This document shows positions 17,591-26,390 of a stretch of 64,000 nt of DNA, piece after piece. The position numbers and the translations under genes were made by a program. The stretch comes from Patescibacteria group bacterium (lineage in GTDB: Bacteria > Patescibacteriota > Gracilibacteria > Peribacterales > Peribacteraceae), in assembly GCA_018814875.1 (NCBI GenBank), contig JAHIYH010000041.1, positions 13,958-77,957 on the forward strand, read 5' to 3'. Position 1 is the first letter of the stretch; every line of letters begins with the position of its first letter. The notes under the pieces are model-generated. The model was not told where the DNA came from. It did not search any database and worked only from the letters and a program-made list of their open reading frames with translations.

Positions 17591-18940
17591 TTAATTTTCT
17601 AATTCTTCCAACTTTTCTTCCACACTCTTCATATTCGGATTAATAATGAGTGCCTTTCCAAATGCTTCGCGGGCTTCATCTGTTCGATTCGTTTCCATGC
17701 ATGCCCATCCAAGCAATTCCCATGCTCTGGCATCTTGTGGCCATAGAGCTGTAGCCTCGGTCGCTTTGATGAATGCTTCTTCGTGATTGCCAAGTGCGAG
17801 GCTCGCTGTTATGTATCCATCGAACATTTCGAATGTAGCATCTTCCATTTGTGTTAGTGCTTCGTACTGTGCAAGTGCCACGGCGGCATTTCCATTTTCC
17901 AAAGCGGATTTTGCAATCAGTCGTCGGATTTCTGATTCCGGCTCAAATCCATTTGCAAGTGCGTACTCAAAGAAGGTAATCGCATTCTCGTGCTGAGCGA
18001 GGTCGGCATATGCTCTGGCCAAGAAGTACTGTACCTCCGGTTTCTGTGGATCTAAGTTGTAGGCTTGTTCAAGAGAAGCGAGTGCATCTTGCGAACGTTC
18101 GGTTATCAATTCGCAATAGCCCTGAACTATCCATGCATCTCTGTAGTCGTCATTGGATGTTGTTACTTGCACAAGGAGTGGCAGTGCCAGTTCACATTCC
18201 TGAGATTGTGCGAGTGCGCGAGCAAGTAGTGTGATCAAGTGTAGATTCGATCCCTCTGGGAATAACATGAATTCATCATATGCAGCCTGAAGTGTTCTGG
18301 AATATGAGCGTAAGACAGGCTCCCATCCGTTTATTACCTGTGCAAGTTCTGCTTGTGCGATGTCGTGATTCCCTTGGATGATTGCAAGGAGCGCGAGTCC
18401 GTAGTGTTTTTGTGGTGAATCTGTCCCGTTTTCCAAAATTTGTTGCGCTTTAATCAGCTCTCCTGCACGTAGACTTACAATACTTTCTAGAAGAAGAAGA
18501 TCCTCCGGTCGTGCGCCGGCTGATCGCATTTTATCGAGTGTGGAACGAACACCAGAAATATCTCTGCGTTGCAATTGTGCGCGTGCAAGTTTGCGCAGTG
18601 CCGGCAATCCGCCATTAGCTTTAACTGCATCTTTGTATTTCTCTTGTGCTTCTTTCCATTCTCCACGTAGTGCCAACAGATCTCCTTGACGAAGATATAC
18701 GAGTGCTTTGTCGCGTGGGTCTATTGGGGCATCTGTGATTGTGGTGGTAATGTTCGTATTAAGGTTAGGTTTTAGGAATGATAATGGATCACTTAAAAGT
18801 GCTGTAGATTGTGAAATCTGCCACCATAGAAATACAACCAAGACTCCCGCTAAGAAGGCGGCAAGTGCTATGGGAACGATGATTCTGGCGGGTATCTTCA
18901 TATGGCATTGAAGAGTAGCGGATGTGGGGGGAATGCTCAA
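17591..18940 (-). CDS. TPR-repeat protein with an N-terminal membrane anchor
   Basis: TM segment IIVPIALAAFLAGVLVVFLWW, followed by repeated Ala/Leu/Tyr-rich 34-residue-type units. An alternative start (MKIP) is at 18901. Confidence 0.8.
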   Translation of the reverse strand: MSIPPTSATLQCHMKIPARIIVPIALAAFLAGVLVVFLWWQISQSTALLSDPLSFLKPNLNTNITTTITDAPIDPRDKALVYLRQGDLLALRGEWKEAQEKYKDAVKANGGLPALRKLARAQLQRRDISGVRSTLDKMRSAGARPEDLLLLESIVSLRAGELIKAQQILENGTDSPQKHYGLALLAIIQGNHDIAQAELAQVINGWEPVLRSYSRTLQAAYDEFMLFPEGSNLHLITLLARALAQSQECELALPLLVQVTTSNDDYRDAWIVQGYCELITERSQDALASLEQAYNLDPQKPEVQYFLARAYADLAQHENAITFFEYALANGFEPESEIRRLIAKSALENGNAAVALAQYEALTQMEDATFEMFDGYITASLALGNHEEAFIKATEATALWPQDARAWELLGWACMETNRTDEAREAFGKALIINPNMKSVEEKLEELEN

Positions 18941-18945
18941 CTTAA

Positions 18946-19115
18946 GAAGGTAAGGAAGGTAAGGAATGTCAGGAATGTCAGGAAGGTAAGGAAGGTCAGG
19001 AATGTCAGGAAGGTAAGGAAGGTCAGGAATGTCAGGAAGGTAAAGAATGTAAGGAAAGTTTCAATACCTTCAATACCTTCAATACCTTCTTTACCTTCCT
19101 TACCTACCTTACCTT
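18946..19115. repeat. Intergenic word palindrome (GGAAGGTAAGG/GAATGTCAGG vs CCTTACCTTCC)
   Basis: Tandem words are followed by their reverse complements. The ORF-track entry 18902-19156 is a repeat translation. Confidence 0.85.
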
Positions 19116-19727
19116 CTACTCAACCGCCGGCATCATCTCCCCATCTTCCTCTGTAGAAGCAGCTTCCACAGTTTGTACTGCTTTTGCTTCTGCAATGTGT
19201 CTAGGAATAACAGCATCGATGGCGCCCCATTGTGCTTCGCCTTCATCTGGAAGAAGAATAGTGACTTGGTCACCAACTTCTGCGCGATAAAAAGTAACAG
19301 AAGCGAGGAGGACACGATAAGCCTTTGAGCTTGTAAGAACTTTGTATTGTCCATCTTCTTGGATTAAGACTCCTACAATTGTTTTGCGTTCGGTTGGTGC
19401 AATCTGTTTATACATAAACTTCCCTTCGTCCGTAATGGTCAATTTCATACCATCTCCTTCTACCAGTTTGCTTTTGGATGCATAGTTGGCAGGGATGGGA
19501 TACGTCTCACCATTCCCGTCCACCATGTTTTGTCCGTCAAATATACCTTCTACTACTTTGCCACTTACTACACCGCTAGAAGACATCGATTCTGCTCTCG
19601 TCATAATGCGTTCGCGATCTGTATCAGATATACCTGTCATATCACGCATAAGTGCGTATGCTGTTTTGAGAGAGGACATCGCGCTATCAATGAGCTCTTG
19701 GACATGTATGAGTTTATCGTCTGACAT
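19116..19727 (-). CDS. Hypothetical protein
   Basis: 203-aa ORF of ordinary composition with no family recognised. Confidence 0.65.
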   Translation of the reverse strand: MSDDKLIHVQELIDSAMSSLKTAYALMRDMTGISDTDRERIMTRAESMSSSGVVSGKVVEGIFDGQNMVDGNGETYPIPANYASKSKLVEGDGMKLTITDEGKFMYKQIAPTERKTIVGVLIQEDGQYKVLTSSKAYRVLLASVTFYRAEVGDQVTILLPDEGEAQWGAIDAVIPRHIAEAKAVQTVEAASTEEDGEMMPAVE

Positions 19728-19878
19728 AAGTATGTGTGAGAATGTAGAATTTAGAATTAAGAATGCAGAATTGGAGACGTAAATGTTTCGAGTGAAGAAT
19801 TCTTAATTCTTAATTTTGAATTCTTAATTTCGGTATGTTTAGGGGGTGCATACATGGCTTACCTTTTAGGGAAACGTA

Positions 19879-20874
19879 TTAGAGCGGGCGAACATTCACA
19901 GCGAGATTTGTTTGTGCTAGTTTTTCCTTTATCTCGGTGTCTGTGAGTAATCCTGCTTGGGCGCCAATGGCACCAACCACACTTGTTGCATTTATAGTAC
20001 CGGCCTTTACGGCAGTCAGCAAGTCTTCTCCGTTCAAAAGTGCCCAAGTGGCTCCTGTTCCAAATGCATCTCCTGCACCAGTAGTGTCTATGACGGTCGC
20101 ATCGATAATTGCCGGACAGTGATAGAGATTCTTCCCATCCGAGGCGATGGTTCCTTCCTTCCCTTGTGTAATGCACACGTTCTTTGCTCCGATTGAAAGC
20201 ATTGTTCGTATGGCATCATCTATAGAATCTGTTTTGGTGAATTGTAATGCTTCTTCATTGTTCAATAAGACTAAGTCCGTATGCGAGAGGAGATTCTTGT
20301 TGTTAGGTGCAGAGAGACCTTCATCAAGCTGACAACCTCCGGGATTCCAAGTGAACCGAGGCTCCTTTTCATTTGCTAGCATCTCTATGATGTCGTCTTG
20401 GATTACGCAGCTGTCTTCTTGAATGTGATTGAGATACACCCAATTCATTTTTCCTATCACATCCTTATTAAAGTTGGCGTCATGCAAGTGAACGTTAGTT
20501 CCAGGAGTGTAGAGGATCACACGCTCACCATTCTCTGTGGAAAGAATGATAGAAAAACTAGAGATCTCATTTTCTACAATGGTTGCACAATCGATGTTCA
20601 CTCCTTCCTTCTTCAAATTCTCGAGCAACTTTTCTCCCCATTGGTCAGAACTAATCACGCCACAGAATCCTGCGGAGCATCCCAAACGTGCTAGTCCAAC
20701 AGATGAGTTTGATGCACCTCCGCCACAAGTTTCAATCACTTCTTCTACACGTACTTTTGACCCCAAAGGAAGTGCGATTGATTTCTTAGTATCACACTCA
20801 TGAATTAAATCTTCCGTAGTTCGTACGAAGAGATCGTAAGTAGCGCCTCCGATTGACATGGTCTTCGATTTCAT
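19879..20874 (-). CDS. PfkB-family carbohydrate/ribokinase-like kinase
   Basis: Contains GGGASNS and the C-terminal DTTGAGDAF motif. The start is uncertain (20874, 20859 or 20922); the 20922 ATG lies inside a word repeat. Confidence 0.85.
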   Translation of the reverse strand: MKSKTMSIGGATYDLFVRTTEDLIHECDTKKSIALPLGSKVRVEEVIETCGGGASNSSVGLARLGCSAGFCGVISSDQWGEKLLENLKKEGVNIDCATIVENEISSFSIILSTENGERVILYTPGTNVHLHDANFNKDVIGKMNWVYLNHIQEDSCVIQDDIIEMLANEKEPRFTWNPGGCQLDEGLSAPNNKNLLSHTDLVLLNNEEALQFTKTDSIDDAIRTMLSIGAKNVCITQGKEGTIASDGKNLYHCPAIIDATVIDTTGAGDAFGTGATWALLNGEDLLTAVKAGTINATSVVGAIGAQAGLLTDTEIKEKLAQTNLAVNVRPL

Positions 20875-21031
20875 GAGTTGTCTTGAGTTGTAGGACGTTA
20901 TTATTTTAGCGGATTGTTCCATTGTTCCATTGTTCCATTGTTAAACGCTTGAAGCTCGCTTGCGAACAATGAGGCAATGGAGCAATGGAACAATTTTTCA
21001 GATCTTAGCCACAGTATAGAGCAAACTGATT

Positions 21032-23500
21032 TCATCCATGACGTTGGTATTGGGATTCCATCTGTTTCATAAAATCAAATGTCATTTTTAATGTCCGTCT
21101 GCGATGCCAATTTAGTAGCAAGAATACTCCGGCTATACTCATGGCAATCCATACAGGAAGTGGAAGACCTTCCGAAGAAAGTGCTGGTGCGCCTTCATGT
21201 AAATTTGTAGGCGGAGGTGTTGGTGTAGATGGTTCTGTAGGAAGTACATTATCAGGAACAGGATTTGCAGGTGTAGGAATAAAGCCTCCAACAGATGAGT
21301 TTGGTGTCCCCGATCCTTTTGCAGCTAAGTCATGCAATACATTTCCAGTTGTCGTCACAGGGGTTAAGCGCAAATAGTATGTAATATCATTGAGCAAGTT
21401 GCGCAGACTATAGGCTCGCAATTCTCCGCTGATGGTGCGCTGTTCCGTAAACGTGTCTGGATCCACTCCGTATTCAAATAGGTAAGAAGCGAGTGGAGTT
21501 TCTTGTGCAGGGTTGCCCCATTCTACAAAGAGAGTGCCGTCTTGTTCGGTAATACTGAGAGCAAAGCCAAGAGCCATTACTTCTATGACTTCACTTTTAT
21601 TGGCGCTTTCTCTATCACCTTGCAATGCAGTGACTGCAAAGTAGTACGTTTTGCCAGGGGTTAATCCTGCGACGGTTGCTGCTGCCGTTGCACGGTCGGT
21701 GTCTAGTGTGTACAGGAAGTCGTTTGGATTCTCTCCAACGTAAATTCGGTATGTATCGACACGCTCTTCGGTGACAGGGTCCCATGTTAGTGATACAGAA
21801 CCAGTTTTTGGTTCGGCTTGAACGTTGAGTACCTGCGTAAGGCTTTTGGGCTTCACTACAAAGTTACTGCGCACCTCCGTTTCATTACCGGCATGATCGA
21901 TTGATGTGATAATTGGTTGATTTGTTCCTTCTTCTTCTGCTGTGAAGGATAGTGTGAAGGCGCCGGATTGTGTGGTATCTGCAACAAGTTCGAATTCTTC
22001 CTTATCAAGTTTCATGATTACACTAATTACGTCTTTATCTGTTTCTACTTCTAACTTAACGATCTCATCCACTTCAGGATCAATTGGATTGAATGTGATT
22101 GTTTTGATTTCGGGTGGGATACTATCCAAGATTAGGTGCATATTTCCGGAATCTGATCGACCGCTCTCGTCACGAACACGAAGAGTGTGATCTGTCTGTT
22201 CAGGATTGAGAGAGATTTCGATGGCAAAGTTTCCGTCTTGGTCTGTTTCATCTTGTACGTCCTTGGTTCCACCAGTAACAATAAGGTTCACGAATGGAGG
22301 TCCTTTCCCTTCAATAGTGATTGTTTCGGAGCCGATGAAGCTATCATTTTTATGAGATGTAATGGTGATGTTTGGTTTTGTGGAGGTAGGGTCTCCCATT
22401 ACATTTATCATAACCTGTTCGTTCACATTTGGGTTGGTGCTGTCTTCTACATTAAGGATGTGTTCGCCAGGTGTACGGAATCTGAGACCTAACGTGAGTA
22501 CTTTTTCTCCTAGGTTCTGTGGCATAAATTGAACGCTTCCTTCCAAGGGTAGCATTGCAGTTGGATCTGTGGACGAAAGCAGAACCATTCCAGTGTAATC
22601 TTCTACACGCTGTCCGTTTCTATCAACTGCAGTGATGCGAATTGTAGCGTCTTCGTTCACGCGCAATTCTTGACGCACTTCCAGAATAAAACCATCAACC
22701 ACGTCAAAATCATTTAACTGACCGTAAAGTGTGCGGCCCATTACTGAGCCAACCATGCGGCTGCTGTAGGGTGTAGGGGGTTGGGCGTAGGGCGTAGGGG
22801 CGTAGACTGGGGCGTAGGAAGTTGGAGCGTAGGAAGGTGTTGGGTAATACTGTTGAGTAGGGTATCCACCCATGCTTGCACCAGCCTGCAATGTGAGAGT
22901 TGTTTCGAGCAGCTTTCCGCTAAGCAGATCCATTGTACGTAGCGAGATCGTTCCGGGCTCAAAGGTTGTTATATCAAACTGTTGTTCACCACTTGCATCT
23001 GTCTCGTTTGTAAGAGAGCTGACAGTGTCTGATGGACGACTTGAGATGAGTTCAATTGGTCTGCTAGCAAGTGTGTTACCAAACTGGTCGCGCAAAATAA
23101 CAATGACACGTGCACGGTCTTGTCCGTCTGGCTGAATAAATTGACTAGTTGATTGCATAGAACTATTCAGTACATCGATAGTATCCGGAAGCACTGTAAA
23201 AGTTGTTTGAGCGATTGTTTCATCTCTCGTTACAACTTCTACTTCATAAACTCCGGCAATCTCTGTTTCGGATCCTGCGAGTGTAATCACTTCAGAATCG
23301 TTGAGTGGCAGGATCAGTTCTGCTCCATAAGGAGGGTACACTATCAGTTCTGCCTCAGGTGTTGCACCCACACCATTTACATTTATTTCTGTGCCTAAGC
23401 CCGCGACTGTATCGCTTACAACAATCTCCGCTGCACTGAGTGCAGGAAGGGGAGCGAGTAAACTCACTATCATCGCGATCATTTGAATTTTTGTTTTCAT
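21032..23500 (-). CDS. Large cell-surface protein (signal peptide, Ig/FN3-like repeats, C-terminal TM anchor)
   Basis: I start at MKTKIQMIAMIVSLLAPLPALSA (23500). The body is beta-rich repeat domains, with a YAPTPY low-complexity linker encoded by the GCGTAGGG word repeat (22765-22843). The C-terminal TM segment VWIAMSIAGVFLLL is followed by RRR. Confidence 0.8.
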   Translation of the reverse strand: MKTKIQMIAMIVSLLAPLPALSAAEIVVSDTVAGLGTEINVNGVGATPEAELIVYPPYGAELILPLNDSEVITLAGSETEIAGVYEVEVVTRDETIAQTTFTVLPDTIDVLNSSMQSTSQFIQPDGQDRARVIVILRDQFGNTLASRPIELISSRPSDTVSSLTNETDASGEQQFDITTFEPGTISLRTMDLLSGKLLETTLTLQAGASMGGYPTQQYYPTPSYAPTSYAPVYAPTPYAQPPTPYSSRMVGSVMGRTLYGQLNDFDVVDGFILEVRQELRVNEDATIRITAVDRNGQRVEDYTGMVLLSSTDPTAMLPLEGSVQFMPQNLGEKVLTLGLRFRTPGEHILNVEDSTNPNVNEQVMINVMGDPTSTKPNITITSHKNDSFIGSETITIEGKGPPFVNLIVTGGTKDVQDETDQDGNFAIEISLNPEQTDHTLRVRDESGRSDSGNMHLILDSIPPEIKTITFNPIDPEVDEIVKLEVETDKDVISVIMKLDKEEFELVADTTQSGAFTLSFTAEEEGTNQPIITSIDHAGNETEVRSNFVVKPKSLTQVLNVQAEPKTGSVSLTWDPVTEERVDTYRIYVGENPNDFLYTLDTDRATAAATVAGLTPGKTYYFAVTALQGDRESANKSEVIEVMALGFALSITEQDGTLFVEWGNPAQETPLASYLFEYGVDPDTFTEQRTISGELRAYSLRNLLNDITYYLRLTPVTTTGNVLHDLAAKGSGTPNSSVGGFIPTPANPVPDNVLPTEPSTPTPPPTNLHEGAPALSSEGLPLPVWIAMSIAGVFLLLNWHRRRTLKMTFDFMKQMESQYQRHG

Positions 23501-23527
23501 AGTTCGAGTAGTTCTAAGGGGGGTGGA

Positions 23528-23725
23528 CTCACTACAAGTAGTTCGATTAGTTTTAGGTGGGTATCTCACTACAAGTAGTTCGATTAGTTTTAGGTGGGTA
23601 TCTCACTACAAGTAGTTCGATTAGTTTTAGGTGGGTATCTCACTACAAGTAGTTCGAGAGGATTTGTTACTAGTAGTTCGAGAGACTCTCACTACAAGTA
23701 GATTTGATATGATTCACTACAAGTG
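23528..23725. repeat. 37-bp tandem repeat array (3 exact copies plus degenerate copies) carrying six CTCACTACAAGTAG boxes
   Basis: The unit CTCACTACAAGTAGTTCGATTAGTTTTAGGTGGGTAT starts at 23528, 23565 and 23602. Degenerate boxes follow at 23639, 23688 and 23714. Confidence 0.9.
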
Positions 23726-23915
23726 AATTCCCCTTATATTAGCAGAAAACGTGATTTTGCTCAATCCTATAGAGGTATTTATGCAACAAGAATGGGCAAG
23801 TGTCTACTTCATGTCCCATGAGCGTCTCGCTCATGGCTGTTCTTTTTTCCATTGCTATTGCCAGTTTCTGAAAAATTATTTCGCTCTAACGATTTTCACT
23901 GTAGGATACCCACCA

Positions 23916-24479
23916 ATGTACAAGTTTCTACTTCCGTTTTTTACTTTGGCATTCCTTCTCACAGCTTGTGGTGGAGGTGGTTCTTCCAAAGTTGAATGTG
24001 ATAAAGAATATTGGGATGGCACGGTAGGTACTTGTTTGCCTGTGGGATGGATTGTGATAGATCGCGAGACGCTTCGGCAGCGTGGCGTTCCGGACGAGAC
24101 ACTTACAGCTTTTCGATCAGAAGAATCAGTCTCCGGACAGTTTCCGTCAATTTCTATTACACAGGAACGTTTGACATCCAAGATTGATGCAAAAAGTTAC
24201 AGTGAAGCGAGTATACGATCCGTTAGCACATTGCCCGGTTATACATTGGTCGATTCACCTTCTGTAAAAATTGATGGGGAAGAAGTTGCTATGCATATCT
24301 TCTCGGCACAGCCTGTAGAAAATGAGCCAGCTAGAAGGTTCTATCAAGTGAGTACTATTAGTGGAGATATGGGATATACCGTCACCGCTTCAGCTCCGTT
24401 TTTTGTAGAGAAAGATTTGGAGGATGCAATAAAGTTTATTTTGGAGAGTGCGACGTTTGAGGCACCGGCTGAGGGCTAG
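23916..24479 (+). CDS. Lipoprotein of unknown function
   Basis: I start at MYKFLLPFFTLAFLLTAC (a lipobox LTAC, with G at +2). The ORF-track start at 23751 adds an implausible leader. Confidence 0.7.
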   Translation: MYKFLLPFFTLAFLLTACGGGGSSKVECDKEYWDGTVGTCLPVGWIVIDRETLRQRGVPDETLTAFRSEESVSGQFPSISITQERLTSKIDAKSYSEASIRSVSTLPGYTLVDSPSVKIDGEEVAMHIFSAQPVENEPARRFYQVSTISGDMGYTVTASAPFFVEKDLEDAIKFILESATFEAPAEG

Positions 24480-24663
24480 GGCTGGGGCTGGGGCTGGGGC
24501 TGGGGTTGGGGTTAGGGTTAGGGGCTAGGGCTAGGGAATGCTTTTCTTTAAGGGAAATCTTTTCTATGCTGGTAGATGTAACTTAAGGTGCCGTAGCCAA
24601 GTAGTCCTTCGACAGGCTCAGGACTATCGCAGATTGTTCATTCTTCAGATTATTATCTTCATT

Positions 24664-24738
24664 GGTGCCGTAGCCAAGTAGTAAGGCAGAGGTCTGCAAA
24701 ACCTCCATTCGCGGGTGCAATTCCCGCCGGCACCTCCA
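24664..24738 (+). tRNA. tRNA-Cys (GCA)
   Basis: Cloverleaf readable by eye: acceptor GGTGCCG/CGGCACC, anticodon stem GAGGT/ACCTC with loop CTGCAAA, T stem GCGGG/CCCGC, and an encoded CCA. The T-loop reads TGCAATT, so position 55 is G, which is unusual. Confidence 0.8.
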
Positions 24739-24877
24739 GAATTCTTAAGCATGCACAAACAGACTTGAATTCAATAGCCTGCAGATAGGCCATGAGTTTA
24801 GTCGAATGGCCGGCACCTCCATTGACATCAGTAATATATTATGATTATATGAGACCATACTTTTTCGATATTTCAAT

Positions 24878-25174
24878 ATGTCTGAAAATCCTTACCAAGA
24901 CGAGCTTAGTGCGAATATCCAGCAACTTATTGGTGCCATTAAGGAAACAGAAGGGAAAGGGTCAATTGGAGGATCTTTGAATAGGGGACTCACTGTTGGT
25001 ATGATTACGGAATCGGATGAAGTTGATACAAGACAGGCACAGCTCATAGACCAATTTTATGCATTATTTAATTCCAAAGTCCAAGATCCAGAAGCTCAGA
25101 TGGCAATAATTGATGCTGTCAGAAATAGTACGTTGTCAGAGCAATTACAGTTTATGCTTGCAGGGCCATTTTAG
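24878..25174 (+). CDS. Hypothetical protein (98 aa)
   Basis: ORF only; ordinary composition. Confidence 0.5.
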   Translation: MSENPYQDELSANIQQLIGAIKETEGKGSIGGSLNRGLTVGMITESDEVDTRQAQLIDQFYALFNSKVQDPEAQMAIIDAVRNSTLSEQLQFMLAGPF

Positions 25175-25245
25175 TAATAATTTGTGGTATTTGATAAATA
25201 CCTAGTTTTATACTATAATATACACATAAATACACATCCTTCATT

Positions 25246-25839
25246 ATGACAAACAATCAAACAGGAATCGGAATTTGTGGAGTGGTCGTAGGCATGATAA
25301 TTGGTGCCGGAGCAATTGTGTACACACAGCATTACTCTGTGGTTGCACACCTAGCAGGTTCCATTATAGGAGAAGAGTTTCTTGTGGCATTTAGAGGAAT
25401 AGATCCTCCGCTCGGAAGTGAATACAAGCGTCGGTCTATCAGCGTGTCTAACCGTACAACTAATGTATCTAAAATTGTAACTGAACCGCGCTATCCACTT
25501 TCTCCAACAAAGGTACAACCTACTGTGGTTGTGGACAGTAAATGTGCAGAAAAGATGCGTGTGGTTTCCCAGATGCGTGAGGTTGCAAAACGAATTATTC
25601 CTACAACTTATCAGTACATTCAGCTCTCCAATCAGATTGCAGCGGCATTAGATAGTGCTTCGCAGGATTGTAAACCGGTTGTGATACAAGAGCAGGCTAT
25701 GACAAGTTCTGCTGTTACTCCTGTAAAACCTAAGCCACGTGTAAATAATCACTGTGAGCAATATGACAAGCAGTCGCAACGCTATACTCGCTGTTTGGTG
25801 AATGAACGTGAGGGACAGAGGTATGTGGGGAAACAATAA
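25246..25839 (+). CDS. Hypothetical membrane-anchored protein (197 aa)
   Basis: N-terminal TM segment GIGICGVVVGMIIGAGAIVY. A palindromic hairpin follows at 25845-25900. Confidence 0.55.
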   Translation: MTNNQTGIGICGVVVGMIIGAGAIVYTQHYSVVAHLAGSIIGEEFLVAFRGIDPPLGSEYKRRSISVSNRTTNVSKIVTEPRYPLSPTKVQPTVVVDSKCAEKMRVVSQMREVAKRIIPTTYQYIQLSNQIAAALDSASQDCKPVVIQEQAMTSSAVTPVKPKPRVNNHCEQYDKQSQRYTRCLVNEREGQRYVGKQ

Positions 25840-26000
25840 AAAGGGGAAAAGTGGAAAGTGAAAGGGGAAAAGGGAAAGCTTTCCCCTTGCCCTTTAAACT
25901 TTTCAGTTTTTTCGTAAAAGCCACATCAAGTGTTTTCTTCGCATTTTTCTTGCGTATTGATCTATGGAGCGGTTTTATAGAGTACTTTTCACTAATTCTT

Positions 26001-26390
26001 ATGTCAGAAAAGCTTCCTCAGCGCGAGCGTAAACTTTTGGTCCTTGATGATAAAGCACGAGTAAAAGTTGAAGAATCCTATGGTGATCCACTTTATTCAT
26101 ATGAGCAGCGTCATAGTGTTATGGCCAATTTCATTGGTCCCCTGATGCGGCTTGGTCCTAGTATTATGATAAGTGATATCAAAACACACACACTTACTGC
26201 TGTGATTAGCGGGACTAGAAAAGATCTAGATAATGTACTTAAGCATTTTCAAGAATGCCCAGACGAAGGATGGATGGAAAATCTATTAAATTACGATGAT
26301 GAATTAGGAGCTACCCAAACGTCAGAGCCTTACGCCTCTATCTCGCAAAGCGAGACTACGGTGGACAAGCCGGAACTATCCGAAGGTTAA
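26001..26390 (+). CDS. Hypothetical protein (129 aa)
   Basis: I start at MSEKLPQRERK. The ORF-track start at 25851 translates a palindromic repeat. Confidence 0.5.
   Translation: MSEKLPQRERKLLVLDDKARVKVEESYGDPLYSYEQRHSVMANFIGPLMRLGPSIMISDIKTHTLTAVISGTRKDLDNVLKHFQECPDEGWMENLLNYDDELGATQTSEPYASISQSETTVDKPELSEG

Noticed and set aside
24739-24790. A cluster of restriction-site-like hexamers (GAATTC, CTTAAG, GCATGC, GAATTC, CTGCAG), suggestive of a cloning polylinker or vector contamination.
   Set aside because: The surrounding sequence is continuous with native features, namely the tRNA and its 3' repeat. No vector backbone is evident, so this is most likely chance in AT-rich DNA. A VecScreen check would settle it.
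24739-24798. An integrated genomic island at tRNA-Cys.
   Set aside because: The direct repeats of the tRNA 3' end are only 60 nt apart, so there is no cargo between them. At most this is a scar, and it is reported as such.
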